From NCBI RefSeq assembly GCF_000315625.1, contig NW_005434595.1, forward strand, positions 341,719 to 405,718: DNA of 64,000 nucleotides, written 5' to 3'. Position numbers and translations under genes: made by a program. Below, in pieces: positions 51,123-60,907 of this stretch; position 1 is the first letter of the stretch, and each line of letters begins with the position of its first letter. This stretch comes from Guillardia theta CCMP2712 (lineage: Eukaryota > Protista > Cryptophyta). Below the pieces are notes generated by a model. That model ran no database searches, had not been told where the DNA came from, and was given only the letters and a program-made list of their open reading frames with translations.

Positions 51123-51883
51123 ATGCCAAGTTACATGCCTGGCCCTGGTGTCGATGTGTCCGACCCAGCACTTGGAGTAAGAATCGCGAAATGTATTGGA
51201 AGAATACTTAAATTTACCTGCAGACAACGATCATGGCCGTAGAATTCGATGGCGGAGTTGTATTGGGGGCTGATTCCAGGACATCTTCCGGCTCCTACGT
51301 GGCCAACCGAGTCTCGGACAAGATTACCTATGTTTCGGACAAGATTTATGTTTGTCGTTCTGGATCTGCAGCAGACACCCAGGCAGTAGCCGACATGATG
51401 AGGATGTATCTTGGGATGCATAGGTATCTTAAATAATGTGTTTCACGGGTTCTGACATGACTGTCACCTAGCCTGGAAATTGGGAAAGACCCTGAAGTCC
51501 CCACCGCGGCAAACATTTTGAACCAAGTTTGCTACGAGAATAAGAACTATCTTATGGCTGGAATGATCTGTGCTGGATGGGATGAGAGGAATGGTGGTGT
51601 CGTGTACAGTATCCCCCTTGGTGGAGGACTTTTCCGTGAGTCTTACACGATTGGAGGCTCTGGCTCTGGATACATTTATGGCTATTGTGATGCTAACTTC
51701 CGTAAGGGAATGAGCAAACATGAAGCCCAAGAGTTTGTGAAGAATGCTATATCTCTCGCTATCTGGAGAGACGGATCATCTGGAGGAGTTATTCGTACTG
51801 TAACTATAACCAAGGATGGTGTTGAGCGTGAAATGGTTCTCGGTGACAAGCTGCCGCATTTGGCCAAGGGATGGTGTCCATAA
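51123..51883 (+). CDS. PSMB6: 20S proteasome catalytic subunit beta1 (PSMB6/Pre3)
   Basis: Propeptide ...ALG|[64 protein letters not shown]; two introns. Confidence 0.95.
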
Positions 51884-52121
51884 ACTTTCTTGCATGAGAT
51901 GAATGAATTTCTATGTGTGGAAACTTTAGATATAAAGTTTGCATGACAAAGTGTGCTCTGACCGTGCGCTTCCTGACACAATCCATTCAATTTCGTGGGG
52001 CAATTAAGGTTTGTGATTCACAACATTTATAGCTGAAACGTAAAGATGCCCAGGTCAGGATTCAAGTCTCCTCTTCCAGACTGAAATCTTTACTATAATT
52101 ACAAGAATAGCCATGACATGA

Positions 52122-52886
52122 TCATTCACTCTTGACCCTCTTATTTCTCTTGTTGTCCGGCTGAGAGTTGTCCCTCTTATGTTTCTTGCCACTGTTCCGA
52201 ATATCATTTTCGCTGCTAGTGTTCTTGCTACCCTTCCCACTCCTGGCAGCCTTTTGACCCACTCCCCAAGTTTTTTTTGGCTTCTTTGACTTCTTGCGGA
52301 TCAGCTCGTGGTCTGATGAAGACTCCCCTGTGACAGCAGCTCCCGAGTACAAGGTTTCCTCTTCTCGGAGATACTCGCCGACATCAGCCTGGTGAAAAAC
52401 AACCACATCGGTTGCAGGCAACTTTCTACAATCTTGAGTAGACCTTGCAGTAACTCCAAATCCTAGCGGAATGTCCGACATAGAGTAGACGACAACGCCT
52501 TGATGCTGAGGAGTGTTTTCTGTAATTCTACCCAGGCCAGCTTTGAGAACGTTATTTCCATACACGAAGGAAAGTTCCGATGAAGGTTTGACCCATACCT
52601 TATACTTCGCAAACTGTGCAAGATAGTCCAGAGCGGTGACGTGCAGCCTAAACTTCATCGATTTTGTGAATTTACCGAAGCAAGTGCCCATGTGAACTAA
52701 GAGCTTCTTGTCGGCATGCTGTGCCTTGTTTGCTAGGGCAACGCTGAGGTAGTAGACTCTCTCTTTCTGCAGCCTGAAGCAGTATTCTTCATCGGGTCTA
52801 TCAATGAGGTGCTTTATGTTCCTTCCGATGTAAGTCGACAGCTTCTCAAACACGATCTTCGTCTCCTCTTCGGTCAGCCCCCGCAT
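52122..52886 (-). CDS. NIP7: 60S ribosome biogenesis protein NIP7
   Basis: [65 protein letters not shown]; intronless. Confidence 0.96.
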   Translation of the reverse strand: MRGLTEEETKIVFEKLSTYIGRNIKHLIDRPDEEYCFRLQKERVYYLSVALANKAQHADKKLLVHMGTCFGKFTKSMKFRLHVTALDYLAQFAKYKVWVKPSSELSFVYGNNVLKAGLGRITENTPQHQGVVVYSMSDIPLGFGVTARSTQDCRKLPATDVVVFHQADVGEYLREEETLYSGAAVTGESSSDHELIRKKSKKPKKTWGVGQKAARSGKGSKNTSSENDIRNSGKKHKRDNSQPDNKRNKRVKSE

Positions 52887-53507
52887 CCTGCACGTGAAGT
52901 CTTCCGGGCGCTTCCACCCCCAACCCAGCAGTACCCCTGCCTTTCCCTTTGAGTACCCCGCCCTAATTCGTTCAAAAGGTGGGTTGATTTTTCAGTGTAA
53001 AACAAACAAAAACCGTCTCCGATCGACGACTGGCCTGAAAAGGACTGGATAGAGCTGCTGATTTTTTAAGTAGGTCCTTGAAAACAGCAACCGGCAAACG
53101 CCTGGCCCGTCCTGCGGGGAGGGCCAAGCGAGAAGAGAGGAGAGTTATCGTGAGCACGAAGAGAAGCTGCTGCTTGCTCGTACGAAAATTTGAGGCCCAA
53201 GAGTTGAAAAGGAGGGGGAAGGGTGCAAGTACTTGTTTCGATTATGCAGGGCTGACTTGCAAGACTCATAACTTCAACTCCTTCTCAAAGATCAACATTG
53301 GGAAACGTCAAGTCTGTGCCTAAAATTCGATCGAATTGTTTTGTTTCATGCTGCTGCTTTATTGAGAGAATCGTATACCCTCAAGTGGTTGCCCGGTTAT
53401 TTGTCGCCGTGCAATCAGCGACTGCATGCCAAGCTCATTTGGTACCTACGCTGCCATCCTGAAACCGGTGTACTGGTAAACGCAAAAGTAGAAGCGATGA
53501 GGGCTGA

Positions 53508-56500
53508 ATGAGCGTCTCATCAACTGAGATGTCCAGATCTTCGAGCATGAAGCATCGTCACCCCTCCCTGGCTGCTCAAGACAGAGAGAACAGATCCTTC
53601 GCATCAAATGGCACCGCAAGCCCCAAGTCGACCTCCTCACCAAAAGGATTCACATTGGAGCCGGAGAAGGAAGAAGAGCCTGACAGGTGCGCGCGCGATA
53701 TGGTGATATATGTCTGCACGTCTGGAGACAACCGAAAGCGGATGATCAACCTCTCCAGAGGAGACACCTGGACAGACTTCTTCAAGAAAGCGCAGAAGAA
53801 ACTCGAGGTTCCAATCGCTAGAGTTTTCAATTTACACGACGAAGTGAAGAGGCTGGTCGATGTGGTACAGGGAGATATTCTGCGGGTGAAACCAGCTCAG
53901 CACAAGCCCTTTGAAAATCGGAGCATGACCTCGAAGAACTTGTTGAAGACTAGAACGTTGCTGACCTTTCACTGGATGCGCTTCATGCGACTGATTTCGC
54001 TGCAATGTGTAAAGGGATACTTTATACATGAGTGCATTGTGCGGAACAAACGAAGCGAGACTTTGAAAGCGAAAAAAAGACAGAACTCTGCAGAAGTCAT
54101 TATCAAACGATACTCTTCTTGCCCTTCACGAAGCCCAACAACTCTCTTGTCATATATTCTGCTTTGTTGGCAAGTAAGACATCCTCAGTTTGCTCGCTAC
54201 CACGAAGCTTATCTGCAAACTGAACCAAGGAGACAATTTCCAGTGTCGACCAAGTCAAAGCAGAGCGGAAGAGCTTTCAGAGCAGAGATCCTGGTGCTGG
54301 TGATGCCTCGCTTTCCTCACAACCTCGAAGGTCTGGTAGAGGAGAATTCTAAGACCGAGCTGAGTTTCAAATTTGAAGACATTGTAACCTGGATTGCTCA
54401 AATTTTGAACTTTCTGGTGCATCTTCATGGCGACTTGAAAATGTCACATGGCAACTTGAAGTTGTCGAACATCCTGATCGACAACGAACGGAATGCTCGG
54501 GTGAGTGACATCGCCATGGCTCATGCTGACCCCAACTCCAGCTGTTTTAGCATGAGGCATTCCTCTAGCTTTGGGGGCTGTAGAGGCAAGAGCTCGCTCC
54601 TGAGGATACTCTCTCCCTATTCCAGTCCGGAGGCGTACACACACGGATTTGCTGGGGAGAAAGGAGACATCTGGGCGGTTGGATGTATCCTCATAGAGTT
54701 GGTGACGGTCAGAAGGATCTCAGATCGCGTGAACAACAACATTCCTTTTGGATTGAGTCAGGGTACAGTCACTCAGGCCATCGGAGAAGTGACCATGAAG
54801 TATGAGGCCCTCGGATCCCTTGCAGAGTTTCTCCTCGAGTTTGATGTGTCCAAAAGGCCGAGTGCCTCGGAGGCTCTTGGGAAGTTGAAGAAAGACATTA
54901 ATGTCGACCTCAACGTCCAAGATTTCATTCCTGTGTACGATGAGCAAGACGTTGCAAACGCTAAGTTTCTAGCAAGGAGCAATGACCTTCCATCGCTGGT
55001 GACCTCAATCACTAACGATCAATTGTTGCTGGGAAAGGAGTATGCAGCAGGAAAACTGAACGAAGTTTTAGCTCAAGAAAGAACCAAACGATTGAGCATG
55101 ACAAATCTCTACTCTACATACAGGGGCAAAATTTCTGGAGTGTCAGCTTTGTGTGATTGTCTGTTGAGAGGTAACGCAAATGCACAACATCATGCTGCGG
55201 CAGCTGTTCGTACGACTCTCCTCGAGGACGGAATAGAAAATCATCTCAGCTTCTCTGACTTTCAAATTATCGTTGCGGCACTAACGATGGGCTCTGCCCA
55301 CACTCAGATGCATGCAGCTGCTGCGATTTCCAACGCTTGTTTCCGGAGCGACGACTGCCGGGAGCATCTCTTCCGGGCACACGGCATCGGGTCTCTCTGC
55401 GCGCTCATCTCGAACTCAGTGGCGTCGAGGTCGCATGTGGCTCATCTGCTGGTGATCGAGGCTTGCTCGGCCCTCCGAAACGCCTGCATCAATCACAAGG
55501 GAAACCAAGATGAGCTGACGCACTGTGAGGGAGTAGAACTGCTGATCAGAGTCATTCATGCTGAAGCTCAAGCATCTCACAGCAAAGACAAGAAGATCTT
55601 GTTGTATGAGAGCGTCGCCGGGGCTCTACGAAATGCTTGCAATCAGCATAGTGGGAACTGTATGACGTTTGCGAGAAACATGGGAATGCATGCTGTGATG
55701 AACGTGATATTCTCTGCTCGGAGTGTTCAGCTTGAAGCAATCTGTGTCATCAGAAATGCATGTGTGGGTTACTATGAGAACAAGAATCATCTTTCGTCAT
55801 GCGGTGCTTTCTGGAACTTCGCTCAGATCCTGAACTCTCATCCCGACAATCAAGTTATTTGCGAGGAAGTCGTCTCTGCGATCAGGTATGGCATCGTTGG
55901 CCACAACGCGAACAAGAATGCGGCAGGAGAAGCTGGGCTCATACGGTTGGTGGCTGCGACGCTTCTACCGGGGCCCTTGGAAGGGACTGAGCGGTGCAAG
56001 GAAGATGCGGCTGCTTGTCTGAGGATTCTTTGCGAAGAGTCTCCTGACAGAAGCTCCGAGCTAATGAAATGCTCGGGGATCCCAGGACTGATGCTGCTCG
56101 TCACGACCGGCTCGGCCTCCTCGCGTGAAGAAGGGATTGCAGCTCTCGCCAACGCCTGCAACGCCTACAGTATGAACATCGACCTCCTCACAAAGGAGGA
56201 CATCGACGAGGTACACAAGCTCGACACGTCATCACAGGCAAGTACTGCAATGACTAGGATGTACGCCAAGAGCTTGAAGATCATGATCAGAAACAGAGAC
56301 TTGAACCCATGCGGCAACCTGTGCAGTGCGCAAGAGACGTCATATCTGCTGAGAGATTCTTTTACCACCTGGTGCCCTCGAAGCTCTGTGGTCAAGGAGA
56401 TAGTCGAGAGTCCTCTGCTCGGAAGAAGAAAATTGCTGAAAGGACGGTCTTTGACCAACAAGCCAAAGGAACTTCCCACTTTCAACCAGAAATTCCGCTT

Positions 56501-56624
56501 AATTGACAATGACGATGGTCAGAAAAGACGGAGCAAGTCTCGAGCTGATATTCCAGAGAGAACATCAAGCTACGAGGATTTCAGGGGTGTTTTCTTACTT
56601 GCGCGAGGACAATCTGTCCTTTAA
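53508..56624 (+). CDS. Probable pseudokinase with an N-terminal ubiquitin-like/KHA-like domain and C-terminal armadillo repeats
   Basis: Kinase subdomains HGNLKLSNILID, DIAM, YSSPE, DIWAVGCILIEL, KRPSASEAL; ARM repeats A(C)xALRNAC..H..N.. Confidence 0.8.
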   Translation: MSVSSTEMSRSSSMKHRHPSLAAQDRENRSFASNGTASPKSTSSPKGFTLEPEKEEEPDRCARDMVIYVCTSGDNRKRMINLSRGDTWTDFFKKAQKKLEVPIARVFNLHDEVKRLVDVVQGDILRVKPAQHKPFENRSMTSKNLLKTRTLLTFHWMRFMRLISLQCVKGYFIHECIVRNKRSETLKAKKRQNSAEVIIKRYSSCPSRSPTTLLSYILLCWQVRHPQFARYHEAYLQTEPRRQFPVSTKSKQSGRAFRAEILVLVMPRFPHNLEGLVEENSKTELSFKFEDIVTWIAQILNFLVHLHGDLKMSHGNLKLSNILIDNERNARVSDIAMAHADPNSSCFSMRHSSSFGGCRGKSSLLRILSPYSSPEAYTHGFAGEKGDIWAVGCILIELVTVRRISDRVNNNIPFGLSQGTVTQAIGEVTMKYEALGSLAEFLLEFDVSKRPSASEALGKLKKDINVDLNVQDFIPVYDEQDVANAKFLARSNDLPSLVTSITNDQLLLGKEYAAGKLNEVLAQERTKRLSMTNLYSTYRGKISGVSALCDCLLRGNANAQHHAAAAVRTTLLEDGIENHLSFSDFQIIVAALTMGSAHTQMHAAAAISNACFRSDDCREHLFRAHGIGSLCALISNSVASRSHVAHLLVIEACSALRNACINHKGNQDELTHCEGVELLIRVIHAEAQASHSKDKKILLYESVAGALRNACNQHSGNCMTFARNMGMHAVMNVIFSARSVQLEAICVIRNACVGYYENKNHLSSCGAFWNFAQILNSHPDNQVICEEVVSAIRYGIVGHNANKNAAGEAGLIRLVAATLLPGPLEGTERCKEDAAACLRILCEESPDRSSELMKCSGIPGLMLLVTTGSASSREEGIAALANACNAYSMNIDLLTKEDIDEVHKLDTSSQASTAMTRMYAKSLKIMIRNRDLNPCGNLCSAQETSYLLRDSFTTWCPRSSVVKEIVESPLLGRRKLLKGRSLTNKPKELPTFNQKFRLIDNDDGQKRRSKSRADIPERTSSYEDFRGVFLLARGQSVL

Positions 56625-57643
56625 CTCTACTGTTTATGTAATGGAGGCGAAAAAAATGTTCTTTTTTCTTGTCCACCTTCAATGCTATCATCAACAATTG
56701 ATTAACCTCAGGCTGCCTTTAATCTCTGACATCATGAAAAACAAAATGGATTACGGTAGGGAAATCCTCGGTCGAAACGGTCGAAGACAACCATGATGCT
56801 AATGACAATCCATTCTGAGTTTCAACATGTGCTTTCGTCTTGTTGACCACTCATTTCCTATGTCTCGGATTTGTCCAAGCTGTTAAGCTGCTCATACTTC
56901 CACTGTATCCCTGCAGCTAGCGCCACCTAGAAGTTCGTTCCCTTGCTCCCTTATAGCCTCTCACTTTCCCTCACTTTCTGTTCTAAACGCTATGTATTTC
57001 AAGCCTGCATTCTTTCGTGCTCTTGTACTGTTTCATTCATTTGAGCTTCACTGCATTTCCTGGCTGCTGTCCTTCTCTTCTCAGCAGATCTGCTTTTTTT
57101 GACCCTTCTCACTGCTCATTTCTGTCATCCTTGATATCTAAACCCTCAGGCCCCAACTAGTTAAAATTAATTTTGCAGATATACTGTCTGCGCCCCCCTC
57201 CCTCTATCAAAACTCAGATCATATTGGGATGGCTCGCCAATATGATTTAAACCTTTTTCCGGTCTCCTCAGATCTTGCAGCCGCATCTGCTGTACCTCTG
57301 GTGCTCCCTCCCTCCTCCCTCCCTTCACTCGTTCTCAGCCAACCCGTCTCCACAATTCACGTTTCCCCATCTATTCCCCGTCGCGCCCTGCTTCAGGTTT
57401 TCCTCTCTGCATCCATCATTCTTCTTGTGTTTTGCTACAAGGCAATCACTCTTCCATGGAGCATGCCTTCAGCTGAAATATAAGCCTTTCATCCCTTCCG
57501 GTTCTAACCTTTCTGATCTTATGAGTCATCTTCCACATCACTCTCATTCTCTTTTCTTTGAGTTGATCGACGTGTTTGCTTTCACAGACTGAAATATTTT
57601 TTGACCATCATCTGATTGTTCTTACGCAGGAAAGTTCAATTGC

Positions 57644-58144
57644 ATGTTTGGGATGACTATATGCAAGATAACCATGCTCTGCCTCCTTGGACTTCCCTAT
57701 GTCACTAGTTTTGGAACTTTCAGGGTGCCAACGCTGTTCGGAAAGGAAGCTCGATCCTCCCTGACAGTCGTCATGGCATCAGAAATGCGAACATCCAGCG
57801 GCGACAGGATTCCTCGTCAGGACGCAACGAGAATACAGAAATTGAAGGGAATCAGCTCCCATTTGATTGTCCAGTTGATATCAAAGACTAAGATGACGAT
57901 AATTAGCATGGTTCAAAGAATGGGGCAGTGTGCACTTGCATTCCTCACAATGCTGATGATGATGATGCCTGTAACTGCTGCTGCAATGGGAGGGAGCAGT
58001 CCCAGCGGGGCACCCCGAACACAACCAACTGGGTTTGTGAAGATGACAAGACGTGACATCATGAGGCAAGTCACTCGACGGAGTAGATTCAGTGGCAGCA
58101 AGAGCTGGGGATGTATACAGCTTTTGAAGGGATGCGCATGGTAG
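57644..58144 (+). CDS. Hypothetical protein with bipartite plastid-targeting-like leader
   Basis: Hydrophobic signal ending VTS-F, a basic Ser/Thr transit-like region, and a second hydrophobic stretch ending VTAAA; 3' exons unresolved. Confidence 0.45.
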   Translation: MFGMTICKITMLCLLGLPYVTSFGTFRVPTLFGKEARSSLTVVMASEMRTSSGDRIPRQDATRIQKLKGISSHLIVQLISKTKMTIISMVQRMGQCALAFLTMLMMMMPVTAAAMGGSSPSGAPRTQPTGFVKMTRRDIMRQVTRRSRFSGSKSWGCIQLLKGCAW

Positions 58145-58403
58145 GACTTTTCATAGGTTGTTAGTGCTAACTTGATTGGCAGCATTCTTCTCCCACTGAC
58201 ACAAGTCAAGATGATCATGATGCTGATACAAGACAGTGAGCAAAAGATAGATTGGATATGAATGAAACAAGATTACAATGCATGCATATGTACGAACTAG
58301 GAGACAAACTACCCGCGAGGACTTGAACCTCGTTGTACGCCATGCGTAAAGGTAGAGTTTGGTGTGCATGACACCAGTTACAAGGGTTGCTTGCGACGTC
58401 AAC

Positions 58404-58829
58404 TTAGTACTCCTGGCTCTTAGACTCTTGGCTGCCCTTGCCTCCCTTTCCGCTCTTTTTGGGAAGAAGGACAGAGTGAATGTTGGGGAGAACTCCACCA
58501 GCAGCGATAGTGACTCCTCCGAGAAGCTTGTTCAACTCCTCGTCATTGCGAACGGCCAACTGGATGTGACGAGGAATGATGCGAGACTTCTTGTTGTCAC
58601 GAGCAGCGTTGCCAGCCAACTCGAGAACCTCAGCAGAAAGGTACTCAAGAACGGCAGCGAGATAGACGGGTGCACCAGCTCCGATCCTCTCAGCATACTT
58701 GCCCGACTTAAGGTAGCGGTGGACACGTCCGACAGGGAACTGAAGTCCTGCCTTCTTGGAGCGGGAAACGGCCTTGCCTCCCTTGCTCTTTCCACGACCT
58801 GCTGCTCCTTTGCCTGCCTTGCCCGACAT
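58404..58829 (-). CDS. H2AX: Histone H2A with SQEY tail (H2A.X type)
   Basis: [17 protein letters not shown]...[12 protein letters not shown]...[15 protein letters not shown], ending SQEY*. Confidence 0.97.
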   Translation of the reverse strand: MSGKAGKGAAGRGKSKGGKAVSRSKKAGLQFPVGRVHRYLKSGKYAERIGAGAPVYLAAVLEYLSAEVLELAGNAARDNKKSRIIPRHIQLAVRNDEELNKLLGGVTIAAGGVLPNIHSVLLPKKSGKGGKGSQESKSQEY

Positions 58830-59244
58830 TTTCGATGGCCGGAGGAGTGAGCCCCTTCCCCTTAAATTTCCTTCACCCCCACCCCCACCCCTTCATTTCA
58901 AGTCTGTAGCCTGCATGTTTCTACTACCCTACAAATTAGTGCCATGCTATCACCCTGATATACTCTAAGTATAGACTTATTTCATAGGCAATATAACCCG
59001 TACCCCTTGTATGTCAAGTAGTACCCCTACCTGTTGACTGTCCCTCCATCGAAGCTCCTCAACCATACCCCTCCTTACAACCATAGAACTACCCTACCAT
59101 CTGGACCCACGAGAAACACAGGCGGCTTTTCATTCATCCAACCGCGCGAGGATCCTCAGGTCTCCAGAAATATGGTGGACAAAAAAGAGAAAGAAAGAAA
59201 AAACCGCGTCGTTGCGTGTAAAAGCCAACCTGCGCTTTTTTATT

Positions 59245-60140
59245 AGTCAGTTTACTAGCCTAAGTTCCGACGTTTCCACTACTGAAACCACCGTGACTGA
59301 CTCACTAAGTACGGTAGTGGCGTTGGCACCTTCGCCGCGGCTAGCCGGCACAGTCCCGGCCTGGCGGTCGCTGCCGCTGTCACGGTGGCCGGGCACTGCG
59401 CCGCGCCTTCCCGAAATCAGGCCGGCCTCCCGGAGTCCGAGCCGCGCCCTGGCAGTCACTGGCTGGGTGCCGGCGCCGCACAGCGGCATTGAACCTCAGT
59501 GAAAACTAAGTTCTGGGTACCGGGCCGCCGGCCCGGGGCCGCAGCATTAGTATGCCGGGCCGGGCCCGGCGTGTGCGGCCCCCGCCGGACCCAGCGCGCC
59601 GCCCGGGCCGAGGCGCTGAGCACGGTGACGCCGGGTATGGCCGGCCCGGGTGGGCCCGGGCCAGGCTTCCGGGCCGGGCCGGGGCGCCCACAGGTACGGT
59701 ACGGCCGCCGCGCCCAGGCGGGCCGGGCGCCGCACTGGGCCCCGGCCGGGCCCGGCCGGGCCGGGCGCGGCGCACGGTCCGAGCCGGGCGGCGGCGTACG
59801 GTACTCACTCGGCCCAGGGCCCGTCACCAGTGTGCCGGGCAGCGGGACTGGTTGACGGGCCAGGCCCTCAGTTGCTCAAAGTTAACGGTTAAAAATTCTG
59901 CTCCGGTTCTGATTAACTCCTGAGCCTTTGAGTTTTACTTGAAGCGGCAGCCACGGTAGGCGGCGGCCCGGCTCAGTGCGCCATCTTTTGTCTTCCTGCC
60001 CCTCGGAGTCCGCCGGGGCATAGGCTACTTAACTTTGAGTAAGGCTACCAGTGGTCTGTGACGTGACGGTGCTATTCGGAAACCGGGCGGCGGCACTAAA
60101 GCCAGGCTGTTCTACCCGATGACTGCCATCCGATCATTGA
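59245..60140. repeat. GC-rich palindrome-dense intergenic element D
   Basis: tgactgactca, gtacggtacgg, many ccgggcccgg and ggccggcc words, gttaac. Confidence 0.6.
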
Positions 60141-60254
60141 TGGCTTGGCTACCGTAAAATAATGCCACGGTGCAGCGGTCTCTCAGGATGGCTGTCGGAG
60201 AACATTTGATCTCCCTCTCCGTCTTTCTCAGTGTTTCCCTCTTCCTCTCGCTCT

Positions 60255-60632
60255 TTCTTTCCAAGCTCTCTCTCCCTCTCCCCTCTCCTTGTACTAGTCC
60301 CCCTCCTTATCCCTCTCCCTCTCCTCATCCCTCTCCCTCCCCCCGCCTCTGCCTCAGGCTCGCTTTTCCCCTCAATCCCTCTCTGCCTTTGCCTCCCCTT
60401 CTCCCTCTTCCACTCTCTCCCTCTGCTGCTCTCACTCTCTGGAGGAAGGGGGAGAGGGGAAGAGGAAGAGATGGAGAGAGGGAGGAGAGGGAGAGGGAGG
60501 CAAGGAGAGGTTGAGGGGAAAAGGGGGCCTGAGGCAGAGGCGGGGGGGGGGGAGAGGGATGAGGGGAGGGAGAGGGATCTGGGGGGGGACTAGTGCAAGG
60601 AGAGGGGAGAGGGAGAGAGAGCTTGGAAAGAA
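60255..60632. repeat. Imperfect inverted repeat (CT-rich arm / AG-rich arm) abutting the gap
   Basis: ttctttccaagctctctctccctctcccctctccttg..ctagtccc...cgcctctgcctcagg at 60255-60358 is the reverse complement of about 60527-60632. Confidence 0.85.
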
Positions 60633-60732
60633 NNNNNNNNNNNNNNNNNNNNNNNNNNNNNNNNNNNNNNNNNNNNNNNNNNNNNNNNNNNNNNNNNNNN
60701 NNNNNNNNNNNNNNNNNNNNNNNNNNNNNNNN
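60633..60732. other. Assembly gap (100 N)
   Basis: Run of N characters. Confidence 1.
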
Positions 60733-60907
60733 ACTGTCCCTTTCGTCTCCGCCTTCCTCTCTCCTTTTCCCTCTCCCTCTCCCTCTCGCCATCTCCCTAC
60801 CCTTCCCCTCCTCTCTCCCTCTCCCTCGGTTGCTCTCCCTCTCCCCATTTCCTACTCTCCCTCTCTCCCCCTCTCTCCCCTTTTCTCTCTGCCTCTCTGC
60901 CTCCCCT

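Noticed and set aside
59212-59923. Multiple overlapping Pro/Arg/Gly ORFs
   Set aside because: Expected from extreme GC content of element D; no protein-like features.
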